A stretch of 64,000 nucleotides of DNA, from positions 146,384 to 210,383 of IMG/VR virus record IMGVR_UViG_3300037258_000590. The stretch is one strand, 5' to 3'. This document shows positions 9,503 to 19,314 of this stretch, one piece after another. The position numbers and the translations under genes are program-made. The stretch's first letter is position 1; every line of letters starts with the position of its first letter. The notes under the pieces were generated by a model. The model was given only the letters and a program-made list of their open reading frames with translations. It was not told where the DNA came from and ran no database searches.

Positions 9503-10207
9503 ATGAATTACAGCGAGATCCTGGATACGCAGGGCCGGTACCGGGCCCGGCTGGTGCTGGACGAGGACGCAGGCGAGCGGTATGACGACGGCGCTTCGCC
9601 ACTACTGCGCATTGACAGCGGCGCCAGGGCTACGCATGTTATGGCTACCGGCCGGCCGCTGGACGCAGACGAAACAGTGGAGCAGGCCATCTCGTACTGG
9701 CATACCACGCCCGGCGACAGTAACTGGCGGCTGATTGAACGCTACCTGCGGGCCTTTCACGGCGTGACCCAGATCGAGACGTGGCACAGCGGATCGTACT
9801 GGTACGTGACGTACGACAGCGCGGCCTGGCGCGAGTACGCCGGCGCGCCGCCGGGCAGCGCGGACATGTCCGAGTACCGCGCCTGGTGCGAGGGCGACGT
9901 GTGGGGCTGGGTCGTGGAGAAACTCGTGCTCTGGACCACTGCGGACGCGGCGGTCTCCCCCGCGTTCAAGGACGAATGGGAGCACGTCAACTCGTGCTGG
10001 GGCTACTACGGCAACGGCGAGTACCTGAAGCAATGCGCTCGCGAGGCCCTGGCGTATGAAGCCGAACACGGCGATGACCTGCCGCACGAGCCTGCCGCGC
10101 CCGGCACAGGCGATGACACGCTCACGCCAGAGCGAATCGCCGCAGCAGTAGCGGACATGCAACGCGTACAGCGCAACCTGGACGCCGACCGCAACAAGGA
10201 GGGCTGA
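9503..10207 (+). CDS. acidic/aromatic hypothetical phage protein (..GDVWG..SCWGYYG.. motif)
   Basis: CAGGAG SD; motif pattern recalled from uncharacterised phage proteins. Confidence 0.7.
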   Translation: MNYSEILDTQGRYRARLVLDEDAGERYDDGASPLLRIDSGARATHVMATGRPLDADETVEQAISYWHTTPGDSNWRLIERYLRAFHGVTQIETWHSGSYWYVTYDSAAWREYAGAPPGSADMSEYRAWCEGDVWGWVVEKLVLWTTADAAVSPAFKDEWEHVNSCWGYYGNGEYLKQCAREALAYEAEHGDDLPHEPAAPGTGDDTLTPERIAAAVADMQRVQRNLDADRNKEG

Positions 10208-10211
10208 ACTC

Positions 10212-10562
10212 ATGAGAATCACCCAGAAAACTGTCGGGCACCTGGCCGCCGAGGTGGAACGACTATCCGGCCGGGCGCCCGTAACCGTCATCAGCCGGCC
10301 TGGTGACGGCCGCACCCGTTACGTAATGTCCGAGTCGCTGACGAGCGTCTATTGCGGTGCCCGGCAGGCATGTGCGTACCTGCTCGGCATCCTGGCGGGG
10401 CTGGATCCGGACGGGCCGGTGCACCACGTGGACGCCCGGCAGCAATGGGTCGCGGACGTCGATGCGGCATACGCGTACGGCCGGATCCCGGTTGCGGAGC
10501 GCACGGCTCGTGCGAACGGCAGACGGTACGGCGAGTACCTGCGCACGTACGTCATGCGCTAA
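10212..10562 (+). CDS. hypothetical protein
   Basis: AAGGAGG SD. Confidence 0.65.
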   Translation: MRITQKTVGHLAAEVERLSGRAPVTVISRPGDGRTRYVMSESLTSVYCGARQACAYLLGILAGLDPDGPVHHVDARQQWVADVDAAYAYGRIPVAERTARANGRRYGEYLRTYVMR

Positions 10563-10652
10563 AGGAACGTCCGACCAGTCGGAACTTCCGGCTGGCCGGC
10601 ACACCCCGCAGGCACTAACCGGCCTGTGATGCCGGGTCAGCTAAGACAGGAG
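10562..10652 (+). repeat. decayed hammerhead-family repeat
   Basis: AACGTCCGACCAGTCGGAACTTCCGGCTGGCCGG...GATGCCGGGTCA...GACAGGAG; catalytic core lost. Confidence 0.55.
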
Positions 10653-10658
10653 CAGGTT

Positions 10659-11237
10659 ATGCCAGTAAGCAAGCCGGATATCCGGTTCGCGGTCGCGATC
10701 ACTGAATCCGCATACGGCGGCGGGTCGCGATACGTGCATTTCACGGCACAGGCGATGATCGCCGCCATCGGCCGGTTCGGCAGCGATGAGGGCAAACCGG
10801 GCCTGTTCAGCCCGGCCAGCTACGAGCTGCCGTTCGATCCGGACGTCAAGGCGCTAGCGGGCCTGGAGATTTCCGCGCAGGCAGATGAGAACACCATGCG
10901 CAAGACCGGTCAGGAATTCTACGGCTGGTCGGTGGCTTACCAGCGCCGGTCGGTAGAACTGGCCGACGCGGAAGCCATGGTCAGGGTCCTGCGCAAGATC
11001 GGCCGGGGGATGACCCGGCTGTCTGGCGAGCTGGGCAGGCCGGTGACGCTCGCGCAGTTCGCGACGCACGCCGTCCGGGCGCTCACCGCTGAACGCGCGC
11101 CGTTCACCCGACACGTCGAAGACAACCACGACTTCGGGGGGACCGGGTACCGGTCGATGGACCCGGCCGCGCTGGATCACTACATCTGGTCCGAGTGCGC
11201 CGCGTGGCGCGAGCGCTACGGCGTCCAGGTCACGTAA
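10659..11237 (+). CDS. hypothetical protein
   Basis: GACAGGAG SD + ATG. Confidence 0.7.
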   Translation: MPVSKPDIRFAVAITESAYGGGSRYVHFTAQAMIAAIGRFGSDEGKPGLFSPASYELPFDPDVKALAGLEISAQADENTMRKTGQEFYGWSVAYQRRSVELADAEAMVRVLRKIGRGMTRLSGELGRPVTLAQFATHAVRALTAERAPFTRHVEDNHDFGGTGYRSMDPAALDHYIWSECAAWRERYGVQVT

Positions 11238-11277
11238 GACAACACCCGCACCGCAAACAAGACAGGAGCCCGTCAGC

Positions 11278-12339
11278 ATGTCAGGAATTTCCCTGCACGT
11301 ATCTGTCCGGTCAATACAAGATCTGCTCGCAGATGTGCCGCGGCTGACTGGTTTCACGCCAGCCAACAGCCTGGTCATCATCGGAGCAAAGCCCCCGCAT
11401 GACCGCGTGTGCGTCACGCTCCGGTACGACATGCCCGCCGGCGCCGAGACGATAGCCGGGACGCTTGCGCACGCCAGCGACGTCCTGGCCGGCGCGGATG
11501 CCACCAGCGTGGCCGCGGTGATCTACGGAACGCAGGAGCAGGCGGCGCCGATCGTGGCCGGACTGGCCAGCCTGACGGAACTCCAGGCAGAACTCCAGGT
11601 CACCGAGGTCATCAGGGTAGACGCAGGCCGGTACTGGTCGTATACCTGCGATGACCCTGATTGCTGCCCGCCAGAAGGCACCAAGTTCACTGTTGGCGAC
11701 GTTGCCGGCCTGGCAGTCCCGGTACTGGCTGACCGGGAAACGCTGGCGGCCACGCTGGCGCCGGTCACGGGAGCGAGTGCGGAATCGATGCGGGCAGCAA
11801 CGCAAAAGGCCGAGCAGCCTGTCAGCTTGCCGTCAACCGTACACGCCGGGGCAGCCCGTGCATGGCAGCGTGCTACCGCAACTAGCGGGCTGCGTAACAG
11901 CCAGGATCTTCTCCGGCGCTACCGCGCAGGCAATTACGTCATGTCCGACGACGAGGCAGCGCGGATCACGGTGGCGCTGAGCAGCCTGCGGGTTCGCGAT
12001 GACTTGTGGGCAAGGATGGACCCCGCCCACGCCAAAGCTCACCTCGTGCTGCTCACCGACCTGACCCGGCGCGCTCAGCCAGGATACGTAGCAGCCCCGG
12101 CAGGCGTACTCGCATTCGTCGCCTGGCAGTCCGGGAACGGTGCGCTAGCCAATATCGCACTAGACCGGGCGCTGGCCGACCAGCCCAGGTATTCAATGGC
12201 GCAGCTGCTGCGCCAGGTCATCACCGCCGGGGCACCGCCTTCGATGGCCCGGCTGCCGATGACACCAGAGGAGGTTGCCCTCACCTTCGATGAGATGGAT
12301 GACGAAGCCGACCTAGAGGACGAGGCCAGCGAAGAGTAA
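11278..12339 (+). CDS. DUF4192 domain protein
   Basis: DLLADVP..TGF.P.NSLV, RVRD, AAPA..LAF.AWQSGNGALA.IALDRAL...P.YSMA.LL motifs typical of actinobacterial DUF4192. Confidence 0.8.
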   Translation: MSGISLHVSVRSIQDLLADVPRLTGFTPANSLVIIGAKPPHDRVCVTLRYDMPAGAETIAGTLAHASDVLAGADATSVAAVIYGTQEQAAPIVAGLASLTELQAELQVTEVIRVDAGRYWSYTCDDPDCCPPEGTKFTVGDVAGLAVPVLADRETLAATLAPVTGASAESMRAATQKAEQPVSLPSTVHAGAARAWQRATATSGLRNSQDLLRRYRAGNYVMSDDEAARITVALSSLRVRDDLWARMDPAHAKAHLVLLTDLTRRAQPGYVAAPAGVLAFVAWQSGNGALANIALDRALADQPRYSMAQLLRQVITAGAPPSMARLPMTPEEVALTFDEMDDEADLEDEASEE

Positions 12340-12340
12340 A

Positions 12341-12430
12341 GGTGAAACGTCCCGCTGGCCGGAGCTTCCGGCCGGCGGGGCGTCCGCGAGAGCCAGCCGC
12401 CTCGCCGACCTGAACCGCTCGGAGGATGCC
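12341..12430 (+). repeat. hammerhead-family repeat with core replaced (copy H)
   Basis: GGTGAAACGTCCCGC...GCGGGGCGTC and stem I retained; CTGATGA replaced by sequence also found at 21003-21025. Confidence 0.65.
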
Positions 12431-12733
12431 GCAAAGGAAGGACTGACCTGTGAGCACAGACCACGAATTCAGCCCGTGGAAGTTCAACACCGAGTACGCC
12501 CCCGTCCGGTGGGCGCGACGATGCAGGACCTGCCACCTCGGCCTGGGTCACGCCGAGGTCAGCCCGTCGCCTCTGCCGCCAGCGTCGGCGCTCGCCGAGA
12601 TGCCGGAGTGGGAGCGCGCAGCGGTAGAGGGCCTTTCAGCGGCGTACTGGGTGACCGCCGCCGCAAGCAGCAGCGGGATCCGGGAACGGTCCGGCTTCCC
12701 GGACTGGCTCAACAAGTAAAGGAGCACCCGACC

Positions 12734-13903
12734 ATGCACAACACCGGACTAGAAAGCGCAGAGATCCCTGACCCGATAGAGGAAGCGCGCAGGCTGGACG
12801 GGCGCGCCTCCCGCCAGGAAGCGCTGGCGCTAGAGCAGGCCCTGCGCCGCGAAGGCTGGCAGCACACGTTCGCTGCCTACCGCGGCGAAAATTACGACCG
12901 GATGTCCGGCCCGCTCTCAACATCGGTGTCCGGAGCCGGGTACTGGGACCACCCGGACCACCCCGGCGTCGTGATCAGGGCCGGGGAGGGCATCAACTAC
13001 CGGGCGGGGACCTCGTGGGGGGAAGTCTGCATCCTGGCCGGCGAGCGGCTGGCCTCGGTGCAGGCCGAGATCGCGACGGAGCGGGAACGCCGCGCCGCCC
13101 TGGCCGCCGAAGACGCGCGCCTCGCCGCCCTTCCCTCCGTCGCCATCCCCGGTGCCAGCGACACCGATATAGCCGCCCTGTACCGTGCCGTCGGCGAAAC
13201 GCTCGCCGGCCTCAATGACGCGTGCTCAGAGGCGGGCCGCGCGGACCAGCTGTACGGCAACCGGGAAGTATCCCTGCAATGGGATGCCACCAAGGAAGCC
13301 GTCTACGCCGCCCGGCAAGCGGCGGACACGCTCCATCAGCGGCTCATGGTGGCGCAGATCCACCGCGAATCCCTCGCCCGGTCCGAACTCCAGTCCCTGG
13401 CTCCTTACATAGAGGCTGGTGACACCGAGCTGCTGGAAGCGAGCGGCGTGCCCGAAGGCTACGCGGATGAGCTGGCCGCCGAGGCCGAGCACGCCGCCCG
13501 CACGATGGCCCCGCCCGTGCCGGACGTGACGCGAAACGCGGGCTACACCGTGCGCGCGGTCATGCCTGGCCACCCGGCCGGGAACGACCTGCTGGCCAGC
13601 TGGTGGGTAGCAGCCGAAGACATAGCGGACGGCGGATGGGTGACCTGGGAAGCCTACGCACTGAACGGCGAGCAGGCAGGACAGCTGAGTTACAACGCCG
13701 GCCACTACTTCGACGGCACGGATCAGGCCGTGAACCGGCGCGGCGCGCTGGCGAACCTGGCTGTCCGGGCCGGCACGATGCCGGAAATGGCCCACCTCAT
13801 CGCGGCTGAGGTCATGCGGTACGCCGGGAACATACTCCCGCCGTCCGTTAAAGCCGAGGACCAGCGGATGGCGTCCCGCCTGCGCAAGTGGGCTTCGCGC
13901 TGA
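12734..13903 (+). CDS. multi-domain hypothetical protein
   Basis: AAAGGAG SD + ATG. Confidence 0.7.
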   Translation: MHNTGLESAEIPDPIEEARRLDGRASRQEALALEQALRREGWQHTFAAYRGENYDRMSGPLSTSVSGAGYWDHPDHPGVVIRAGEGINYRAGTSWGEVCILAGERLASVQAEIATERERRAALAAEDARLAALPSVAIPGASDTDIAALYRAVGETLAGLNDACSEAGRADQLYGNREVSLQWDATKEAVYAARQAADTLHQRLMVAQIHRESLARSELQSLAPYIEAGDTELLEASGVPEGYADELAAEAEHAARTMAPPVPDVTRNAGYTVRAVMPGHPAGNDLLASWWVAAEDIADGGWVTWEAYALNGEQAGQLSYNAGHYFDGTDQAVNRRGALANLAVRAGTMPEMAHLIAAEVMRYAGNILPPSVKAEDQRMASRLRKWASR

Positions 13904-13935
13904 GCGCCGGAACTACTGACAGACAGGAGACGGTC

Positions 13936-14673
13936 ATGACCGATAACACGATCACCCAGCCCGCGCCCGCACCGCGCGATGGAGACGCAGCTGAAATCCG
14001 CGAGCTGCTAGCTGAACTGTCCGGCGCCCTGGATGGCGACTTCGGTGACTGGCCGCAAGGTCGCAGCCTGGTGCGCCAGGTGACCGCGTACCTGGACGGC
14101 GAGGCGAGCCGCCTGCCTGCGCGGGCTGGTTCCCCGGCCCTGCGGGTGATCGCGGCCATCCCGCAGGGCACGGGCCGGGAGATCATCGCGGTGGTGGAGC
14201 AGCCGGGCCCGTATCCGGGCGGCCAGCGTTACGGGACGGTCCGCGGGTACCGGAACGACCTGGATGACGGGACGGTGCGGTGGTCGGCGGAGGCCGGGCA
14301 TTACGACTACCTGGACCTAACCCGGGCGCTGCGCGGCATGTGCAGCCGGGCGGGAATAAAGGTGGTGTGGCCGGATCCGGCAGCACTGACGCCGGACATG
14401 GTGCTGGCCCAGCGGATGGCGGAAACGATGTGGGCGATCGCGACCAGCACGAACCACGCCATCGCGGTGTACAGCACGCCGGTCTACCTGCACATGGAAC
14501 AGGCGTTCCTGAGCGCGGTACAGGTGGCCTACAGCTGCTCGCGACTAACCGCGCGGCGGGTGCGGGATCTGCTGGCCGAGTACGGGCCGGATGAGTCTCT
14601 GCAGGGCACGTCCGGTAGCGGCGTGTGGAGCTACGTCCGGTTCGCGCAGGACCGGGCCAACCGGCGCTACTGA
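13936..14673 (+). CDS. hypothetical protein
   Basis: GACAGGAG SD + ATG. Confidence 0.7.
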   Translation: MTDNTITQPAPAPRDGDAAEIRELLAELSGALDGDFGDWPQGRSLVRQVTAYLDGEASRLPARAGSPALRVIAAIPQGTGREIIAVVEQPGPYPGGQRYGTVRGYRNDLDDGTVRWSAEAGHYDYLDLTRALRGMCSRAGIKVVWPDPAALTPDMVLAQRMAETMWAIATSTNHAIAVYSTPVYLHMEQAFLSAVQVAYSCSRLTARRVRDLLAEYGPDESLQGTSGSGVWSYVRFAQDRANRRY

Positions 14674-15257
14674 CAACAGAACATCACCGGAGAGCAGGCT
14701 AGCAGTGAAATCAGTCCCGATGAAAACCAGTGAGCTAGGCCATTTCATATGCGCAGCGCATGGCGGCTGCCTACACCAGGATCGCACCATCTACTCCAGC
14801 GGAGTCTGGGTGCAGTACACCCTCGGGGGGATAACGCGCCACGGCAGTAGCGCCCATCAAGACTGTTTCGAGGCATGGGCACTCCGGGAAGCCGCACCAG
14901 TTGATCAGATGCCGCAGAGCGCGCCCGCAGAACCCGGCGTCAAGAACGAGCCGTGGCCGATAGCTAACGCCATCGCCTGCCTAGAAGAGGTGCGCGACCG
15001 CGAGAGCGGCAGCAACGCTGATCCCGCGCGTGCCGAGACAGTACGGCTGACCATCGATTACGCCATCGAGGTGGTCAAGGCCCTCAACACGATGCGCGAG
15101 CCGCAGCCGCCGGACCCGGCCGAGGAGGCACGCAAGGCAGTCCGCAAGTTCGCAGGCGAGCTGGGCCAGGCGATCGAGAACCTGGGGCTGGCCATGCAGG
15201 ACATCGCTGACGGGAACATCCCGGAACGCGACGGCTAACCGGAGACAGGAGACCCAG

Positions 15258-15632
15258 TTGAGCAACGCCGACGTCGGCGCGATCACCCCGCAAGACGTAG
15301 AAGCCTTTACCTCCGGCGCCTGCGGGCTGCTGGCTGAGGCGATCCATGAGACAACCGGCTGGGAACCGGCGTGTTTCTGGAACGGGTTCAGCGCATGCGG
15401 GCATGCGTTCGTGCGAATGCCGGATGGTTTGTACCTGGATATCCGCGGAGTGCATACGCACCGGGAGATGCTGGACAGCCACTGGGGGCAGCCAGGAAAA
15501 CGGCACGGCCGCCGCGGGGTCACCACGGCACACTACGCCAGCCCGCTTGCGCTTGGTGACCAGGCGGCCCTGACAGCGCGCGCCCGGCAGCTCGTGCCCG
15601 CCGTACTAGCCCTGGCAGCGCAGCCCGGCTGA
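15258..15632 (+). CDS. hypothetical protein (F..G.C..LA.A...H...LDIRG pattern)
   Basis: GACAGGAG SD + TTG. Confidence 0.6.
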   Translation: MSNADVGAITPQDVEAFTSGACGLLAEAIHETTGWEPACFWNGFSACGHAFVRMPDGLYLDIRGVHTHREMLDSHWGQPGKRHGRRGVTTAHYASPLALGDQAALTARARQLVPAVLALAAQPG

Positions 15633-15640
15633 CCAGTTTC

Positions 15641-15720
15641 CGGCGAAACGTCCCGCCGGCCGGAACTTCCGGATAGCGGGGCGTCCGCGGGGGATAGCCG
15701 CCTCGCGCTGATGATGCCGA
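15641..15720 (+). ncRNA. Type II hammerhead ribozyme, intact core, no pseudoknot tail (copy I)
   Basis: CGGC-GAAAC; stem III GTCCCGC/GCGGGGC; GTC 15683-15685; stem I CGCGGG/CTCGCG; CTGATGA 15708-15714; T-GCCG gives a 4-bp stem II. Confidence 0.8.
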
Positions 15721-16465
15721 ACCGTTTTTTATGACAGGAGTGCTGATCGTGATCGGTATTTGCATCGGGTTTACGCGAATCGGTGAGGCGGCGACATGGC
15801 GGGAGGCCATGGCCGCTTGCACGACCTGGGCGAGTTCATGAAGTCGGCGGCCGGTTTCGAACAGCGGGGCTGGCACGGGTTCGCCGCGGACTCGGCGGTC
15901 AGCGGGGTTCTGGTCCGGCTGATCGATGACGAGACGGTGCAGACCGGTTTCGCGGTGAGCTGAGATGACCACCGCGAAGACAAGCATGGTGCACTGCGGC
16001 GTGCCCCGGTGGGATGCCCGCGTGACAGACGCTGCCGGGAAGCCGGTGCCCGCATGGTACCCGCCATGGTCGCGCAGGTGGTTCATCATCCGCCGGGCGG
16101 CCGGAGAAGCCGGGGTGACACTGGAAACCAGGATCCCGGGATGGCCCAGCGGAATAGCAAAGCACGATAACCAGGCTGCGGCCGAGATGGCGGCACGCGA
16201 AACCTGGCGCGGATACGCGGCAGAGGTGACCAGGATCACCGGCCGGGAACAGGAGAGCGAACCATGGACGAGCTGATGGCCCCGGATGATGTCGTGACCC
16301 GGATAACCGAAGCAGCCGCTGATGCGGACGCGCTGGCGATCATGCGCGGCGTTCCGCACGCAATGCTGCTGGCCGTGGCGGACCTGCTGCACATCGACCC
16401 GTACGGCCACCACGACCCGTGGCTGCGCAAGGCCATCGTGACCGAAGCCAGGACCTGATGAGGAG

Positions 16466-17140
16466 ATGAACATTCCCGTGACCAGCGAGAAAACCGCTCT
16501 CGGCAGCTACACCGTATGCGACCCCCCGTTCGACACGTATGGCAGCACCACCGTACCGCTGCGCACGCCGCACGGACCGGTAACGCTGCACGTCACCGAC
16601 GACAGCCATGTATACGCCGACTCCAGCTACCGGGCGCGCGAGTATGACAGCAGCCCGAGCCTGAACGCGACAGTGGAGTGCTTTACCTGGAAAGGCGCCG
16701 ATGTGATCGGCTCTGCGAACTTCTACGCTGACACCGGCTGGATGCCTAAATGCGACGAGCACTTCTCCGGGCGCGGACGAAATATCACCGCGAAGATGAC
16801 CGCGGAAATCATCGCGCACTGGTCAGCGGTGATAACGCGGTACATGACAGAGAACCCGCTGATCCCGGTGCACGCCGGATTCCGGGCTCAAGTGCTGGCC
16901 ATGGGCAAGAAAAGCGCGGAGATCCGCAAGACCACGGAGGTACTGGCCGCATTGCGGGCCGATCACGCCAGGCTGCGCCGCGCGGTACGCCAGGCGCTTG
17001 CCGCCGAGCGCACTCTGCGCGAACCAGGCGGGATGAACGAGCCGCGCCCGTACGCCGATTACCAGAGCCACTACGCCAGCGGTTACGTCGTAGAGCTGGA
17101 GCAAGATGCAGCTCGCAAGGAGCACGACGCGAAATCGTGA
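16466..17140 (+). CDS. hypothetical protein
   Basis: GAGGAG SD. Confidence 0.65.
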   Translation: MNIPVTSEKTALGSYTVCDPPFDTYGSTTVPLRTPHGPVTLHVTDDSHVYADSSYRAREYDSSPSLNATVECFTWKGADVIGSANFYADTGWMPKCDEHFSGRGRNITAKMTAEIIAHWSAVITRYMTENPLIPVHAGFRAQVLAMGKKSAEIRKTTEVLAALRADHARLRRAVRQALAAERTLREPGGMNEPRPYADYQSHYASGYVVELEQDAARKEHDAKS

Positions 17141-17180
17141 CCGGAGCCAAGACCCGCCGTACTGAGAACAGGAGACAGGC

Positions 17181-17795
17181 ATGCCCGGAATGACCCCCGC
17201 CGAACAACGTGACAAGCAGTACCGGGAGCTGGCGGCGACCATCGCGAGCCAGGCCCAGGCCATCGCGGACGGCACGCTGACCGGACCGTGTTACGCCCAT
17301 GCGCGATTGATCCTGCGCAACGCTGAGCAGCTTGCAGCCGAGACGCCGGATGACCGGAGCGGCATGCCCGCCGCGGAACCCGGACCGGGTACCGGCACGC
17401 TAACCGAACGACGCAAGGCCGACCGCGCGCTGATGGCCGGCAGCGTAGCCGAGCTGGCCCGCCAGTACGGACTGCGCGCCGTGGTAACAGGCGAGCAGCA
17501 CGGATCGCGGGAAACGTCTGTCAACCTGTCCGGCCCGCACGAACTGAAACTAACTGTGCACTTCCGCGGCGATTCTGTGCAACCAGATACCCACGTACTG
17601 ATCTGGTACAGGGTGGACCACCCGGTACCAGGCTCAGGTATCCAGTTGAACCCGGCGGTTTTCCGCAACGTCGATGCGCATCACGGCGCGGATGCCGCCG
17701 ATGTCGTGCACGGATTCCAGGCGCTGTGCGAACTGCTGAAGCAGCGGTTCGCGGCCATCGCGGACGGGCGTGCGTTCATCATCCCTGACCGCTGA
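17181..17795 (+). CDS. hypothetical protein
   Basis: AACAGGAG SD. Confidence 0.65.
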   Translation: MPGMTPAEQRDKQYRELAATIASQAQAIADGTLTGPCYAHARLILRNAEQLAAETPDDRSGMPAAEPGPGTGTLTERRKADRALMAGSVAELARQYGLRAVVTGEQHGSRETSVNLSGPHELKLTVHFRGDSVQPDTHVLIWYRVDHPVPGSGIQLNPAVFRNVDAHHGADAADVVHGFQALCELLKQRFAAIADGRAFIIPDR

Positions 17796-17801
17796 CGGAT
17801 G

Positions 17802-17865
17802 CGGCGAAACGTCCCGCCGGCCGGAACTTCCGGATAACGGGGCGTCCCTGAGGGCCGGCCGCCTG
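17802..17865 (+). repeat. 5' half of hammerhead repeat (near-copy of copy I), core lost (copy J)
   Basis: CGGCGAAACGTCCCGCCGGCCGGAACTTCCGGATA.CGGGGCGTCC matches 15641-15686. Confidence 0.65.
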
Positions 17866-17963
17866 CCGGACGGCAGCCTGTACGTCGTGATCCTGAGCAC
17901 CCTGGACCAGCGCACCAGCACGTAAGTCAGCACCAGCAGCAGCACAAGACAGGAGAACCCGTA

Positions 17964-18440
17964 ATGATCGGGCTTGAACCGGAAGACGAGATCACCAGCG
18001 ATGAAGACCTGATCCTCCTCGCAGAGGTCCGGGCGCGGATCGCGGCCCTGAAGCCGTACCACGTGGAAGACACGCGGATTCTGCGCCGGTTTGCCGAAGA
18101 GGCATTCGGCACGCGGGAAACCGCGGATAGCTGGCTGGCCGGGCAGGAAGCTGACCTCCGGCCGCACCTGGAAGTGGTGACGTGGAGCGCCGAGGAAGAG
18201 GAGCTGCTGGCGCTAAAGGCGCTGGAAGCGGCGATGGCAGCACTGGGCGAAAACACGACCGCGATCAACGAGGGCTACGTGCGCACGGTTGTCGAAGACG
18301 ACACCGAGGACATCACCGGTGCCGTTGCCATCGAGATCCTGGGCGAGTACGTGGACTGGGAGCGGATGACCGAAGACCGCAAAGCGGTGCTGACCCAGGT
18401 CATGTACCGCGGCACCGGCTTCTACCTGGAAGGACGCTGA
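17964..18440 (+). CDS. very acidic protein, possible ArdA-like antirestriction C-terminus
   Basis: E/D-rich; C-terminal YVDWERMTED...V.Y.G..FY resembles the ArdA-type tail. Confidence 0.4.
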   Translation: MIGLEPEDEITSDEDLILLAEVRARIAALKPYHVEDTRILRRFAEEAFGTRETADSWLAGQEADLRPHLEVVTWSAEEEELLALKALEAAMAALGENTTAINEGYVRTVVEDDTEDITGAVAIEILGEYVDWERMTEDRKAVLTQVMYRGTGFYLEGR

Positions 18441-18442
18441 TC

Positions 18443-18865
18443 ATGCTTGTCACAATTGTCCAGAATTCAGACGAGTACGCGCTCGTGCACCGAGCGGGGT
18501 GCACGGATATCAAGCGCCGGGAAATGCGGCAGCGAGCGTACCTGAGCCAGTGGGATGCCGACGTGGCAACTCAGCAGGAAGCAGCGAATGACGCCTGGTC
18601 GGATTTCATCGCTGAAGACATGACCGAGGAGGCCGCCCTGGGCTACACCACATTCCTGCCCTGCTGCGCTGAACTGCCCGCAGCAGCGATTACCGTGCCG
18701 TGGGACCAAGCGCAGACGAACATCGCAGCGCTAGCCCTGCACCGGATGGCGTTCTCGGCGCCGGATTCCGAAGTATCGGCGGAGATGCGCGAGACCGCGC
18801 GGGCAGCACACCAGACACTGCGAACGGTCCTGGACGCGACCAGGCCCGGAGCCGGCGCGTCATGA
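18443..18865 (+). CDS. hypothetical protein (H..GC.DI...PC motif)
   Basis: AAGGA SD + ATG. Confidence 0.6.
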   Translation: MLVTIVQNSDEYALVHRAGCTDIKRREMRQRAYLSQWDADVATQQEAANDAWSDFIAEDMTEEAALGYTTFLPCCAELPAAAITVPWDQAQTNIAALALHRMAFSAPDSEVSAEMRETARAAHQTLRTVLDATRPGAGAS

Positions 18866-18939
18866 CAGCGGAGCAGCTGCTCGTCAAAAACGCCTGATCA
18901 GCTCTTACCAAGAACCATTTCCAGACAGGAGACACCACG

Positions 18940-19314
18940 ATGCAGCAGCACGTCACGATCAGCAAGCGCCGGGAAAGCCGAGAGGGCATTGAACGGGCGC
19001 TGACTCATCACGCAGAACATGGCCGGATCGGTGTCTGGAGCCGCGGAGCGCACGACAGTGGCCACACGATATGCCTGATCGGCGGTCGCTGGCTGGAAAC
19101 GCGCTCGCTGCGGGAGACGGCGCTGGTCGTGCTCGCGCTGGCCAGTGCGGAGCAGGGCAGCCGTCCGCGGAAGCTGAGTGACATGGACCCCGCTGAGCAG
19201 CACCAGGTGGCAAAACGGGCGATGGCGCAAATCGGGGCTGAACTGCAGGCTGCCGCGCCGCAGATCAGCGCGATCATGACCGGCCAGGCCGTGCCGGAGA
19301 CCAGGACCCTATGA
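18940..19314 (+). CDS. hypothetical protein
   Basis: GACAGGAG SD. Confidence 0.65.
   Translation: MQQHVTISKRRESREGIERALTHHAEHGRIGVWSRGAHDSGHTICLIGGRWLETRSLRETALVVLALASAEQGSRPRKLSDMDPAEQHQVAKRAMAQIGAELQAAAPQISAIMTGQAVPETRTL

Noticed and set aside
25-17865. CRISPR array or integron attC sites as an explanation for the intergenic repeats
   Set aside because: The units are separated by whole genes of variable length, no cas or integron integrase is present, and the conserved positions match the hammerhead core
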